A stretch of 63,728 bases of DNA, filler included, from a bacterium (lineage in GTDB: Bacteria; JALSQH01), in the NCBI GenBank assembly GCA_026985515.1. It is 9 parts of 9 records of this genome, joined end to end, with 100 filler letters (N's around TTAATTAATTAA, not from the genome) between each part and the next. Parts side by side here need not be neighbours in the genome. Positions count along the whole stretch, not along the records: positions 47,162 to 52,050 come from JALSQH010000035.1; positions 52,151 to 56,970 come from JALSQH010000036.1; positions 57,071 to 61,814 come from JALSQH010000045.1; 6 more parts are not named here. One strand, written 5' to 3'. This document shows, one piece after another, positions 51,342-61,914 of the stretch. Below the pieces are notes generated by a model. That model was not told the DNA's origin. It searched no databases and saw only the letters and a program-made list of their open reading frames with translations. Position numbers and translations under genes: made by a program. Numbering within the stretch: position 1 is the stretch's first letter; every line of letters starts with the position of its first letter.

Positions 51342-52050
51342 CCTTCACCTCCTTTGAAATTAAAAATGGATGGTGACACGCCACATAATGTTCCCCTTCG
51401 ATTTTTTCAAGAACAGGTTTCACTTTTCTGCACCTATCATCAGCAAAAGGACATCTATCGGCAAGAGGACATCCTTCGGGTTCAAAGTAGGGACTCGGGG
51501 GGTCTCCCTTCAGTTCCACATGTTTTATATACTCCGGTACTTTTTCCTCACCAGGTATGGAAGAAAGAAGGGCATGAGTGTAGGGATGCGCCGGTTTCAA
51601 AAATATATCTTCTGCTGTCCCTATCTCCATCACCTGACCAAGATAAAGTACCGCAATTCTGTCACTTACCCGCGCCACTACCCGAAGATCATGGGAAATA
51701 AATAGATAGGTGAGATTATACTCCTTCTGCAATCTCATTAAAAGATTCAGGACCTGTGCCTGTATGGAGACATCGAGGGCAGAAACAGCTTCATCTGCCA
51801 CCACGAAATCTGGATTCAACGCAAGTGCTCTGGCTATTGCAATTCTCTGTCTCTGTCCTCCGCTGAACTCGTGGGGATATCTGAAATAATCTTCCTCCCT
51901 TAACCCCACTTCTCTCAGAAGCTGAAAAACTCTTTCCCGTCTTCTCTTTTTGTCTCTTTCAAGAGCGTGTACAACAAGAGGCTCTTCAATGGCCTTTCCT
52001 ATCTTTATTCTGGGATTCAGTGAAGAAAATGGGTCCTGAAAAATGATCTG
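51328..52050 (-). CDS. Oligopeptide/dipeptide ABC ATPase (OppF/DppF type), N-truncated
   Basis: QIIFQDPFSSLNPR, FSGGQRQR, HPYT, C-terminal Cys motif. Confidence 0.92.
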   Translation of the reverse strand, partial: QIIFQDPFSSLNPRIKIGKAIEEPLVVHALERDKKRRRERVFQLLREVGLREEDYFRYPHEFSGGQRQRIAIARALALNPDFVVADEAVSALDVSIQAQVLNLLMRLQKEYNLTYLFISHDLRVVARVSDRIAVLYLGQVMEIGTAEDIFLKPAHPYTHALLSSIPGEEKVPEYIKHVELKGDPPSPYFEPEGCPLADRCPFADDRCRKVKPVLEKIEGEHYVACHHPFLISKEVKDGSL

Positions 52051-52150
52051 NNNNNNNNNNNNNNNNNNNNNNNNNNNNNNNNNNNNNNNNNNNNTTAATT
52101 AATTAANNNNNNNNNNNNNNNNNNNNNNNNNNNNNNNNNNNNNNNNNNNN

Positions 52151-52956
52151 GTGTAATAAAGGTTCTTCAGCGTGAAGGTGTCAGGATTGATATTGTAACA
52201 GGCACAAGTATCGGTTCACTTATTGGTGCCATGTATGCATCCACAGGTGACATTTACAGAGTTATTGAAAAATTGATTTCCTTTGTGAGAAGCGACCATT
52301 TCAAGGAGACAGAAATAGATTTCTTCAATGAAATGAGGAGGAGTTCTCATCAGGGATTTTTGAAAAAACTTGGTTACTTTTTCCGTCAGGGATATGCCCT
52401 GACCTATTCTCTTACAAGGGAATCCCTTGTTTCAAGGGACAGGTACTTTAAAAGTATTGAAATGCTCGTTGAGGATAAAAGAATTGAGGACTTCCCCATC
52501 AGATTTGCCACCGTAGCTGTTGATCTTGTCACCGGGGAGAAAATCAAGTTGACGGAGGGTTCAGCCAGATTCGCAGTTGCTGCAAGCAGTGCTATACCGG
52601 GTTTTTTACCACCTGTTATTGATGGTGAGAGATTGCTGGCAGATGGGGGATGGATCGAGAATGTTCCTGTTGCCCTTGCAAGGGAGATGGGCGCTGATTT
52701 TGTAATTGCCGTTGACCTCAATGGTAAACTGGAGAAGTCTCCACCGCTGGATAATGGTCTGAATGTGCTGCTTCGTTCTGATGATATTGCGAGGTATTAT
52801 CTTAAGAATTTTTACCTCAGAGATGCAGACATATTGCTTCAGCCCGATGTTTCAGATATATTCTGGGCGGATTTCAGACATATTGAAAAAGGTATCATGA
52901 AGGGGGAGGAAGAGGCTGAGAAAAAGATCAGGGCAATCCTCTCAAGAGTTTCCTGA
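52151..52956 (+). CDS. Patatin-like phospholipase, N-truncated
   Basis: GTSIG nucleophile (upstream of track start), ASSAIPG, DGG. Confidence 0.9.
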
Positions 52957-53897
52957 TGGAAGAAAAAATTCTTTTGTACTGCAGGGAGAGAGGCATAAGA
53001 TTAGATAAATTTATTGCCCTTTCCACAGGATTGAGCAGGAGTAAAGTAAAGAAGGATATTCTTTCGGGTCTGGTTCTTGTCGATGGCGAGGTTGAAGAAC
53101 CTGATGCAAAGCTGAAAGGGGGAGAGATTATTGAGTACACCCCTTCGCCGCCAGAAGAAGTTGAAATTATTCCCGAGAATATTCCCGTTGAAGTGGTATA
53201 TTATGACCAGGATGTCATAGTTGTTAACAAACCTCCCGGACTTGTTGTCCACCCGGGTGCCGGCAATCCAAGGGGAACTCTTGTAAATGCGCTACTTTAC
53301 CATTTTAAGGACTGGGATATAAATGGTTATGTCAGGCCAGGTATAGTCCACAGACTGGATAAAGATACCAGTGGAGTAATGATTGTTGCGAGAAACGAGA
53401 AAGCTCAGAAAGTACTGGTGGAACAATTTAAAAAGAGGATGGTGAAAAAAAGCTATATTGCTCTCGTTGTTGGTCAGATTCCTGAAGAGGGGGTTATTGA
53501 TGAACCCATTGGAAGGGACCCTAAAAACAGGATAAGATTTTCAGTCAACTATGAACATGGAAAGGAAGCTGTAACTGAGTGGAGACTTTTAAGGTATTTT
53601 GGAGAAGTTTCTCTCATAAAAGTGTTTCCAAGAACTGGAAGAACTCATCAGATCAGGGTCCACATGGCTCATATCGGTCACCCTCTGGTGGGTGACGAGG
53701 TTTATGGTGGAGTTAGAAAAGTAAAGAAGATCAGTGACGAAAGAATAAGGAGGATCCTGCTTTCCTTTCCAAGGCATGCTCTTCATGCCGGGTCGATTAA
53801 GTTTAGACATCCTGCAACGGGAGAAGTAATGGAATTTGAAGTACCTCTGCCTGAAGATTTTTCCAGTCTTCTTAAGAAGTTAGAGGAAATCACATGA
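52956..53897 (+). CDS. rluD: RluA-family pseudouridine synthase
   Basis: S4 domain, VVNKPPG, HRLDKDTSG, TGRTHQIRVH, ALHA. Confidence 0.92.
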   Translation: MEEKILLYCRERGIRLDKFIALSTGLSRSKVKKDILSGLVLVDGEVEEPDAKLKGGEIIEYTPSPPEEVEIIPENIPVEVVYYDQDVIVVNKPPGLVVHPGAGNPRGTLVNALLYHFKDWDINGYVRPGIVHRLDKDTSGVMIVARNEKAQKVLVEQFKKRMVKKSYIALVVGQIPEEGVIDEPIGRDPKNRIRFSVNYEHGKEAVTEWRLLRYFGEVSLIKVFPRTGRTHQIRVHMAHIGHPLVGDEVYGGVRKVKKISDERIRRILLSFPRHALHAGSIKFRHPATGEVMEFEVPLPEDFSSLLKKLEEIT

Positions 53898-54643
53898 TAG
53901 TTTTAAAGGAAGGAAATCTGCAGAAAATAGGGTGGCTTTTCCATGCTTTTTTTACCCGTTCAGGAGGGTGCAGCAGAGGACCCTTCTCATCCCTGAATCT
54001 CAGTTTCACCGTAGGAGATTCTCCAGAGGATGTATTTAGAAACTGGGAAAAGGTAAAGGATTATCTTCCCTTCAGGGAAATTCATCTGCTTCGGCAGATT
54101 CACAGCGACAGGGTCCTGGAAAGCAACGAATTTTATGGAAAAAGCCCCATATGGATAGATGAGGGGGATGGGCTGATTACATCAACTCCTGGACTTGGAG
54201 TCGGGGTTTTAACGGCGGATTGTGTTCCAGTCGTTCTGGTGAATCTTGATAAAAAAAGAGTCGCAGTTGTCCATTCGGGATGGAGGGGAACAGTCAGAAA
54301 CATTGCAGGAAGGGCTGTGGAGAAGCTGGGTAACCCGCATTCTGAGAAAATCATGGCTGTCATAGGTCCTGCAATTTCAGGTGAAAGGTACAGTGTAGGA
54401 AAGGATGTTGTGGAGGAATTTCAAAGGGCTGGACTGATGAGGAAAGATTTTTACTGGAAGGACACATCCGGTGTTTATCATCTTGACTTACAGAATGTTG
54501 TGAAGTTTCAATTGATAAGTTCAGGCTTATCCCCAGATTTAATAAATGTTATCCCCTGCTGTACATACGGAGAAGAATTGCTTTTTTCCTACAGGAAGGA
54601 AAAAGAATGTGGTCGGATGCTGACCGTGGCAGGAATTATTTAA
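53894..54643 (+). CDS. pgeF: PgeF/YfiH family protein
   Basis: QIHS, LTADCVP, HSGWRG, IGPAI, FSYR; adjacent to rluD. Confidence 0.92.
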   Translation: MIVLKEGNLQKIGWLFHAFFTRSGGCSRGPFSSLNLSFTVGDSPEDVFRNWEKVKDYLPFREIHLLRQIHSDRVLESNEFYGKSPIWIDEGDGLITSTPGLGVGVLTADCVPVVLVNLDKKRVAVVHSGWRGTVRNIAGRAVEKLGNPHSEKIMAVIGPAISGERYSVGKDVVEEFQRAGLMRKDFYWKDTSGVYHLDLQNVVKFQLISSGLSPDLINVIPCCTYGEELLFSYRKEKECGRMLTVAGII

Positions 54644-54716
54644 AATTGGCTCAAATTCTTGCAAAATGGGGATTATTGTGTTATAAGTGTAAATATAGCC
54701 AGATTGGAGGAAAATT

Positions 54717-56174
54717 ATGAAAAGAGGGTTATACTTACTGCTTGCAGTTTTATTATTCACAGGAAGGGTTTTTGCGGCTTCCATATTTGGAGGAAGTGGC
54801 CTTGTCCATGTACCCTATGCCGACACAGCTTTGAAGGGTTCCTATGATGTGGGGGTTTTTGCTGTTTATTCCCAGTATAAGAATGATCTCAGAGGACAGA
54901 CAGGTCACATTTTTCTCACCTCTTATTATGGAATTTTTGACTGGCTTGAACTGGACTTCAATTTTCCATTTTACATCGTGAGTCCCGAATGGATGGGTGT
55001 TTCATCACCCCTTTTAGGAGTCAAGGGCAGATTTTTGAACAAAAAATGGATCAAATTTTCTCTTTTCCCATATCTGAAACCTTCTTTTGCTGGAGATACA
55101 CATGTTGGAACGGGGAAGTTTGGCTACGGTGCTTCTCTTATCGGGCAGATGAATTTTAAAAATGTGGGTCTCTATGGAAGACTCGGCTATGAGAAAGGTG
55201 AATATTTTAACCCCTCTCTCAACAAATATACCCAGGAGGATCTTGTTCTTGGTGCAGCTGGGGTTGAATGGGATTTATCCGCAAAATTGAATCTCTTCGG
55301 GGAAATAATCGGTTCTTCCGCGAGAGAGAGTAAAGATGAGGATCTCTTCTTTCAGACTGGATTAAAATTTTTCCCCATTCCAGATATTTACCTCACCTTC
55401 TCCTTTGGTACAGGTCTGGCGGGAGAATTGAGGTCAAATACAGACAGAAGAGTTGTTGCTGGATTGACCTACTACTATACTCCTCTCCCACCTCCCCCGC
55501 AGCCTGTAAAGCCTGTAACAGTTAAAGCTCCTTCTCCACAGAAGAAACAGGCTCCTGCTCAGCCACAGAAAGCTGCACCTGCTGTGAAGAAACCTGTTGT
55601 TATGATTATTTCTTCCTGTGGAGATATGGAATCAGCAAGGCAGCTGGCGGCGATGTTTGAAAAGCAGGGTCTGGAAGTGATAAGACCCATAGTGGAATCA
55701 AAGGAAATGGTTTACACAACAGAAATCATTTTTTCCACTGCCCAGAGGCTTGCATTTCAAATTGCAAGATGGATTCCGGGGAGGCAGAAGTTGATAAAGC
55801 GAATACCCCTTGGGTATGATGCTGACATTGTTGTCAGGGTAGGATGTGATGTATCAAAGAAGGCGAAAGAGAAGAAAAAGCCAATTTCTGAAATAAAAAT
55901 AGCCGTTTTGAATGCCTGTCAGAGTGGAGTCTTAGTTGCGGAAAATGTGGCAAAAATATTGCTACTTGCTGGATACAATGTGGAGAGAATAGGGGAGTAT
56001 GAGAAGTATGATCACAAGAATTATACAGAGATACTTTACAAACCCCTGTACAGGGATTATGCTGAGATCATTGCAGCCAAGATTCCCGGACAGCAGAAAC
56101 TCACCCAGGTACCACCAACCTATGGGGAGGAAGAAATTATTATACTGGTCGGATGTGACCAGATGAAACAATAA
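54717..56174 (+). CDS. Outer-membrane beta-barrel + Pro-rich linker + two LytR_C-like domains
   Basis: Signal peptide, barrel ending GLTYYY, PPPP linker, IAVLNAC...TEILY...ILVGCD pattern twice. Confidence 0.65.
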   Translation: MKRGLYLLLAVLLFTGRVFAASIFGGSGLVHVPYADTALKGSYDVGVFAVYSQYKNDLRGQTGHIFLTSYYGIFDWLELDFNFPFYIVSPEWMGVSSPLLGVKGRFLNKKWIKFSLFPYLKPSFAGDTHVGTGKFGYGASLIGQMNFKNVGLYGRLGYEKGEYFNPSLNKYTQEDLVLGAAGVEWDLSAKLNLFGEIIGSSARESKDEDLFFQTGLKFFPIPDIYLTFSFGTGLAGELRSNTDRRVVAGLTYYYTPLPPPPQPVKPVTVKAPSPQKKQAPAQPQKAAPAVKKPVVMIISSCGDMESARQLAAMFEKQGLEVIRPIVESKEMVYTTEIIFSTAQRLAFQIARWIPGRQKLIKRIPLGYDADIVVRVGCDVSKKAKEKKKPISEIKIAVLNACQSGVLVAENVAKILLLAGYNVERIGEYEKYDHKNYTEILYKPLYRDYAEIIAAKIPGQQKLTQVPPTYGEEEIIILVGCDQMKQ

Positions 56175-56188
56175 GAGGGAGGTGCTTT

Positions 56189-56970
56189 ATGAGTACAAAA
56201 AAACTACTTGTGATCCTTTTCATTATGGTTTTAATTGGTCTTTTTCAAACCGGTTGCGGTGGAGAAGAGGAAACGACCCAGAAAAACATAATCCTGCCCC
56301 CGCCCCTGACTGTTCACACCCTTGATATCAAGTGGCCAGTGGGAGCGACCATCAATTATGATCTCCAGGTTACATCTGAGACACACTATTACTATCTGCG
56401 TGAGGGAGAAAGTTTAAAAGAGTATGATGTCAACTTCATGTGTAGACATGGTTACGATGTTGGAAATACTCCGAATGGTAACTGGGACTATACTGATCAA
56501 GTATGCAGCAGAGACGATGCTGGAAAATCACCTTTACACATTTTCAATGAGAATTTCAGTGGAGATTTCACCTTCAAAATTTATGGAAAAGTTGATGAGG
56601 ATTTAAGTCCCTGTGCTTCTGGATGTCAGACAAAGAGGGTATATTACTACTCATCTCTTGAAGCCAGGGGAGACGAGTTTACTAAAGAAATAATGAAGGA
56701 TGCTTGGTACTATGATAGTGGAAACAGTGTCTGGAAAACTGCTGATGATGTATTGACCGACAGCGATGAGAATTTCGTAAGAAGCGCTTTAAAGAGTTAT
56801 TATCTCAACCTGTCTGGCTACTATTATATTAGAGGAAATTCAATTGGTGGTACATTTGGGAGCTTACCTGGAGGCTTAAACAATTTTTTTGATTCTTTTA
56901 ATGTTATTAAATACCAGCCATGGAAGGATACCGCCTGGCCATCTGGAATCTTTGGAGGGGCCGTGGCTCA
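56189..56970 (+). CDS. Hypothetical lipoprotein, C-truncated
   Basis: QTGC lipobox, GGAGGT SD. Confidence 0.75.
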
Positions 56971-57070
56971 NNNNNNNNNNNNNNNNNNNNNNNNNNNNNN
57001 NNNNNNNNNNNNNNTTAATTAATTAANNNNNNNNNNNNNNNNNNNNNNNNNNNNNNNNNNNNNNNNNNNN

Positions 57071-57508
57071 AGCAGGAGACACAGGAGTAACGATAATCCT
57101 CATGTGGAGAATAGGAATTTACACGTAGTGAGGAAGAATGTGGGATATGGCAGATATACTGGTAAAAAGACAAGAGAGTTAATTAGTGAACTGTACTACT
57201 GGCTGGAATTGAAATATAATTTCTTCATCCCGACGATGAAAGTGGTGGATAAACAAAGGATAGGAAAGAGGTACATAAGAAAACCAGAAACCAAAACTCC
57301 GTATATGAGGCTAATAGAAGATGAGAGTATCCCTGAAGAAGTAAAAGAAAGATTGAGGGAAATGAAGAAAGAATTGAGTTTTAAGGAAGTAGAGGAAAGA
57401 ATAGAAGAGATAAAAAAGAAACTACACAAGCATATCAGATGGGGCAAACTATAAAATGGAGGAACATATGGATAAACAAGCAAGTAAAGTAAGATTTAAT
57501 TTTGAGCA
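57071..57508 (+). mobile_element. IS right part: rve/DDE transposase C-terminus (57071-57454) and probable end
   Basis: SRRHRSNDNPHVENRN..VVRKNVGYGRY, NFFIPTMK, TPYMRL; GTAAGATTTAATTTTGAGCA resembles ends of this element class (end is inferred). Confidence 0.75.
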
Positions 57509-57614
57509 AAAGGGACGCCACGAAAAAGCCCCAGTGAAAAGGATTTCTGGAGGCACAAAAGGAAGAAAAAAAGTTTCAAAAGAGGGGAACGAGCAAACCT
57601 CCGGGGCGGGTGGA

Positions 57615-57799
57615 GACCTTCTGTCCCGGAGTGGTTTGTGACGGAGACAGACACGATGGGGTAAAGGCGGAGCAATCGTGGAATACCCGCAGAGGAAGAC
57701 ATCCCTTTTGCGGAGCCTCCCATCGGGTCGGCTGGGGAAGTGGTTTATTCAAGTGAACTCACTGCCACGGAGTCACATTTAACGGAGGGACAGAAGGTC
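57615..57799 (+). ncRNA. Unidentified 185-nt structured element (ncRNA or MITE)
   Basis: Perfect 13-bp terminal inverted repeat plus nested stems; GC-rich. Confidence 0.5.
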
Positions 57800-57820
57800 G
57801 GAAAAGGGGGGAGAAAATAA

Positions 57821-57865
57821 GTAACCCTGCAGGGGTAAATTCTACCCTTCCACGACAGGGGTTAC
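57821..57865. terminator. Hairpin, possible terminator of the minus-strand oxidoreductase
   Basis: GTAACCC/GGGTTAC outer stem, GGGTA/TACCC inner stem, TTATTTT on minus strand. Confidence 0.5.
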
Positions 57866-57871
57866 ACCACC

Positions 57872-59233
57872 TTAGCTTTCACCATATCTTATCTTATCCT
57901 CAAGCCTCATATACCCCCTTATTGCCTGACTCAACACATACCTGAATGGCTCGGGGGGAAATGGGAAAACTTTCCTTCCCACAAAAAACAATCTCGTCCG
58001 GTCAGTATCCATCCCCAGGAGCAATTCAGCCAGAGTCCTTCCGGTATTAAAGGTGGCAGAAACACCATGCCCTATATATCCAAAGGCAAATACTGCATTC
58101 TTATCCTTACCTAAATATCCTATTACAGGAGCCATATCGAGGGTTATTGATACCGGTCCACCCCACTGATGGGTGAACTTAATACCCTTCAACTGGGGAA
58201 ATACCCAGAAAAGATACTGCTTCAACTCTTCAAAATTCCTCTCATCAAGGTCCTTTTCAATATTTCTGCCGTAGGTTATTCCTACATCTCTTCCACCCAG
58301 AACTATTCTGTTATCCTTTGTGAGCCTGTAGTAGTGAATGAGGTCCCTGGCATCTTCTATCCCTGCTCTGTTTTTCCAGCCAATACTTTCCATCTGTTCA
58401 TCTGTAAGGGGCTCCGTCATCACTATTCTGGTAAAGGCAGGAGTCTGATATCTGTAGAGTTTCGATAATAGAATGGAGTAAGCATTGGTTGCAAAAACTA
58501 TCCTCTTTGCATAAAGAATACCATCTGGTGTTTTTATTTTAAAATTGTACCCATCAGGTGGGTTTTTCCTCTTTTCAAACTCAAGAACAGGGGAGTACTC
58601 ATAAATTTTAACCCCTTCCTCCTCTACCTTCTCTTTTAAAGCTCTCACCCATTTGGCAGGATGGAGAATGCCGCATCTTGCCTCAAACCAGCCAAGCAGA
58701 AATTTATCGGTCTTAAACTCCTTCTCAAGTTTATTCCTGTCCCACACCTCAACCCCATCAAATTCCATTTCCCTTGCAACTTCAAGTTCATGCTCGAGAC
58801 GCTTTATCTGAGATTTATTGGTTGCAACCAGAAGGTATCCGCTGCCTTCGTAATCACAATCAATGTTATTTTCCCTTATGAAACCTGCAAGATAATCAAC
58901 AGCCTCTTCCATAAATTTCCTCGCTTCCTTTCCCTTTTCCACTCCAAAAAAGGTCTTTGTCAGGGAAGGTGTGAGACCAAATAGAGTCATATTAAAACCA
59001 CCATTTCTTCCACTTGCTCCATAACCGCAAATTTCGGCCTCAAGAAGTTTTACATCCACACTCTTATCATACTTTTTCAAATGGTACCCGGTGGATAATC
59101 CCGTAAACCCACCTCCAATTATGGCAATATCCGCCTTTTCCTCCCCTTTAAGAGAAGGATTCGGTTCAATCTTTCCAAGAGATTCAAGCCAGTAACTCCT
59201 TTTGTAGTAATCACCTTTGATTATCTTCTCCAT
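57872..59233 (-). CDS. FAD-dependent amine/amino-acid oxidoreductase (PuuB/DadA family)
   Basis: SYW, IIGGGFTG, GASGRNGG, ATNAY, WGG, GHGV. Confidence 0.88.
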   Translation of the reverse strand: MEKIIKGDYYKRSYWLESLGKIEPNPSLKGEEKADIAIIGGGFTGLSTGYHLKKYDKSVDVKLLEAEICGYGASGRNGGFNMTLFGLTPSLTKTFFGVEKGKEARKFMEEAVDYLAGFIRENNIDCDYEGSGYLLVATNKSQIKRLEHELEVAREMEFDGVEVWDRNKLEKEFKTDKFLLGWFEARCGILHPAKWVRALKEKVEEEGVKIYEYSPVLEFEKRKNPPDGYNFKIKTPDGILYAKRIVFATNAYSILLSKLYRYQTPAFTRIVMTEPLTDEQMESIGWKNRAGIEDARDLIHYYRLTKDNRIVLGGRDVGITYGRNIEKDLDERNFEELKQYLFWVFPQLKGIKFTHQWGGPVSITLDMAPVIGYLGKDKNAVFAFGYIGHGVSATFNTGRTLAELLLGMDTDRTRLFFVGRKVFPFPPEPFRYVLSQAIRGYMRLEDKIRYGES

Positions 59234-59359
59234 TCAAAACCTCCTTTTTTTTCAATGATATCATGAGGTTCCAGGAAAAAGCAAGAAATTCTTCAAAAAC
59301 TTTTCAGAGGGAGAATTTTATGCTATAAAATTTAAAACTCAAAAGGAGCGTTAAGAGAA

Positions 59360-60922
59360 ATGAAGAAAAAGGTATTGCCTGCATTTCTGATTGTTTTAAT
59401 TTCTGGAATTATCGTGGGTTGCGGTGGAGAAAAGAGTGAGAAACCATCTTACAGGGAGATAAAAAATTATTCCATATTTCCGACCCATGGTTCTCTATTT
59501 GGAAACTATCCCATAAGAATAACCATACCTTCATGGAAAAGCTTTTCTGATAATTTTGTAAGTGAAATCAGGGTTGGACCAAACATCATGTACAGATTCA
59601 CATTCAAAAACGGAGTGATTGAGGGCTACACGCAGGGTTCCCCTGAACCAGGATTTGTGGACATAATAATCACTACCAGGGAAGGAATATACAGAATAAA
59701 AAATGGATTTAAATTTGACGAGCTCAGGTACCCCCTCTTTAAAAACATGGTTGCTGTCGGCGCCAGTTATACTCAGGGATGGATAAGCATGGGGTTGAGG
59801 TATGATTTTCAGTTGCACAGTCCCTTTTCATATCTGGCAAAGCAGGCGGGAGCATATTTTCCGAATGGACTCGTTAAACCAGGTATCCTTGACGGAATCT
59901 CCCCCTATACATATACAAAAGGCTGTACAGTTACATCATGGATTACACCAATTGCTTCAAAAATGTTAGAAGCGATGAAACTGATGGAGGGGAAAGGTAA
60001 GAATAAATTCTTCCTGGCAAATTACAGATATGATCCGGACATTCTCCCCCACAATCTCGGAATAGGAGGAAACACAATAAGCGACACCATTGAAGGAGCC
60101 GGCCACGGGAGAATGGGTATCTTAACTGTTTTTGAACACCTCTCCTACGATCCCTATGTAAATCTAACAGACGCTCTCAATGATCCCATAAGCGGTGGTC
60201 CCTTTAAAACAGCCATGAGCCTTCATCCCACAGTACTCTTTTCCACTGATCTTTTCGCCGATGATATTCTTTACTTTGCACCCATGAGTCCCCATCCATC
60301 TGTGGAAAATGTAACACCTGTAGGTGATGTGAGAAGAGAATTGAGAAAGATGTTCAGAATCCTGAAAGAAAACAATGTTGAGGCATTTATTGCAAATCTT
60401 CCACAGATAACAGTTATGCCTGTATTCAGGTTATTCAAAAACTTTTACATTTCCCTGGGATACTCACAGGAGGAAGTGGACAGGTGGGAAGAGGAGGTCA
60501 ACAGAATTGCAGCGGAATACTCCATTGCATTCACAGAAGAAGCGTCACGATATCCCAATATTCACATCGTGGACTTCAGAGGAATCATCGAAAAAATAAT
60601 GGACACTGACAACTACTACACCTTTCCCGGCACTGTTACCCTGGGTCACGGGGGAATAACAGTTAAAGGAAAATTTTATCCCATAGATTTTCTGGGGGGA
60701 CTGGTCAGCCTCGATGCCATCCATCTCACATACACCGGTTACGCCCTTCTGGCCAACATGTTCATAGAAAAAGTGAATGAAGATCTTCACTACAACATCC
60801 CCTTCGTTGATATTGAAAAAGTGGTCCAGAATGATCCACTCTCCCCGGAGCACCTTGAAGAACTGGGAATAGATCTCAACCTGTGCAGAGAAGAATTTTT
60901 CTCACCAATTTTTAAAAAGTGA
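59360..60922 (+). CDS. SGNH/GDSL-like hydrolase lipoprotein
   Basis: IVGC lipobox, VGASYTQG block I, NLGIGG, SLDAIHL (DxxH). Confidence 0.75.
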   Translation: MKKKVLPAFLIVLISGIIVGCGGEKSEKPSYREIKNYSIFPTHGSLFGNYPIRITIPSWKSFSDNFVSEIRVGPNIMYRFTFKNGVIEGYTQGSPEPGFVDIIITTREGIYRIKNGFKFDELRYPLFKNMVAVGASYTQGWISMGLRYDFQLHSPFSYLAKQAGAYFPNGLVKPGILDGISPYTYTKGCTVTSWITPIASKMLEAMKLMEGKGKNKFFLANYRYDPDILPHNLGIGGNTISDTIEGAGHGRMGILTVFEHLSYDPYVNLTDALNDPISGGPFKTAMSLHPTVLFSTDLFADDILYFAPMSPHPSVENVTPVGDVRRELRKMFRILKENNVEAFIANLPQITVMPVFRLFKNFYISLGYSQEEVDRWEEEVNRIAAEYSIAFTEEASRYPNIHIVDFRGIIEKIMDTDNYYTFPGTVTLGHGGITVKGKFYPIDFLGGLVSLDAIHLTYTGYALLANMFIEKVNEDLHYNIPFVDIEKVVQNDPLSPEHLEELGIDLNLCREEFFSPIFKK

Positions 60923-60989
60923 TTTTGAAAAAAACTTGACATACAGGTCAACCAGACAATATAATTTAACCAAAAATGCGGAGGTCAAA

Positions 60990-61685
60990 ATGAAAAGAAT
61001 GGCAATCCTGCTTGTGGCAACTTTTCTTCCTTCTTTGCTCCTTGCTGACAAACCAGTAACAGGAACCACAAATCCAGAAGTAAAAAACAAACTGAGCAGC
61101 ATCGTAAAAAGGCTCAAAGATCCATACAAAGAATTATCCAATGAAGACTGGGAAAAATTGAGAAAGGGGAAGGTCATTGTCAAGGATTATATCTACACCA
61201 CAAAAGAGGGAAAGCAGGCTGGAATGGCGAAAGGAATAATTCTTGCCAATCTTCCTCCCGATGCTATCTGGAATGTGATCACAGATTATGAACATTACAG
61301 CGATTTTCTGCCCAGTGTAAAGAGCACAAAAATTTTAAAAAAATTCCCCGATGGAAGAATCTGGTTACTTCATATCATAAAAATAATTTTTGTGAAACTG
61401 CGATATGTTTGCGAATTAACACCAGTCAAATATCCTGATGGCAGCAGACTTCTTCAATGGAAACTGGTCAAAGCAAAGGGAATAAAAAATGATATAAAAG
61501 ATACCACAGGATTCTGGGAAGTGATACCGGTGGAAAATGGGAAGAAAACAATTCTCACCTACACTGCTTTTGTGGACACGGGCTGGGCTGTTCCAAAATG
61601 GGTCCAGAAGTTTCTCACAAAGACCCAGTTACCAAAGGTTCTCAAAGGAGCAGTGGAAGAGGCAGAAGAGAGGTATAAAAAATGA
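60990..61685 (+). CDS. Secreted SRPBCC/START-like protein
   Basis: Signal peptide, IWNVITDYEHYSDFLP, GFWEV, VPKWV; TTGACA-18-TATAAT promoter at 60936-60965. Confidence 0.8.
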   Translation: MKRMAILLVATFLPSLLLADKPVTGTTNPEVKNKLSSIVKRLKDPYKELSNEDWEKLRKGKVIVKDYIYTTKEGKQAGMAKGIILANLPPDAIWNVITDYEHYSDFLPSVKSTKILKKFPDGRIWLLHIIKIIFVKLRYVCELTPVKYPDGSRLLQWKLVKAKGIKNDIKDTTGFWEVIPVENGKKTILTYTAFVDTGWAVPKWVQKFLTKTQLPKVLKGAVEEAEERYKK

Positions 61686-61814
61686 AAAAACCACTTCTCA
61701 GGGGAAAATACAGGGAAATCTTTAGCTCACTCACCGAAGCTTTCTTCCCCGGTGACGGTCCCTTTTCGTACAGCGGGAAAGAAATAGTAAATCCAGATTT
61801 TGTAAACAGATACT
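61682..61814 (+). CDS. Hypothetical protein, truncated
   Basis: ATGA overlap with the upstream stop, GAGG SD, runs into the gap. Confidence 0.55.
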
Positions 61815-61914
61815 NNNNNNNNNNNNNNNNNNNNNNNNNNNNNNNNNNNNNNNNNNNNTTAATTAATTAANNNNNNNNNNNNNNNNNNNNNNNNNNNNNN
61901 NNNNNNNNNNNNNN

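Noticed and set aside
57456-57723. Short ORFs 57456-57641(+) and 57496-57723(-)
   Set aside because: No recognisable motifs; they overlap the IS end and the structured element
57510-57870. RNase P, tmRNA, SRP, cobalamin riboswitch or group II intron
   Set aside because: Diagnostic motifs (GAGGAAAGTCC, tRNA-like ends, SRP GGAA loop, B12 box, domain V) not found
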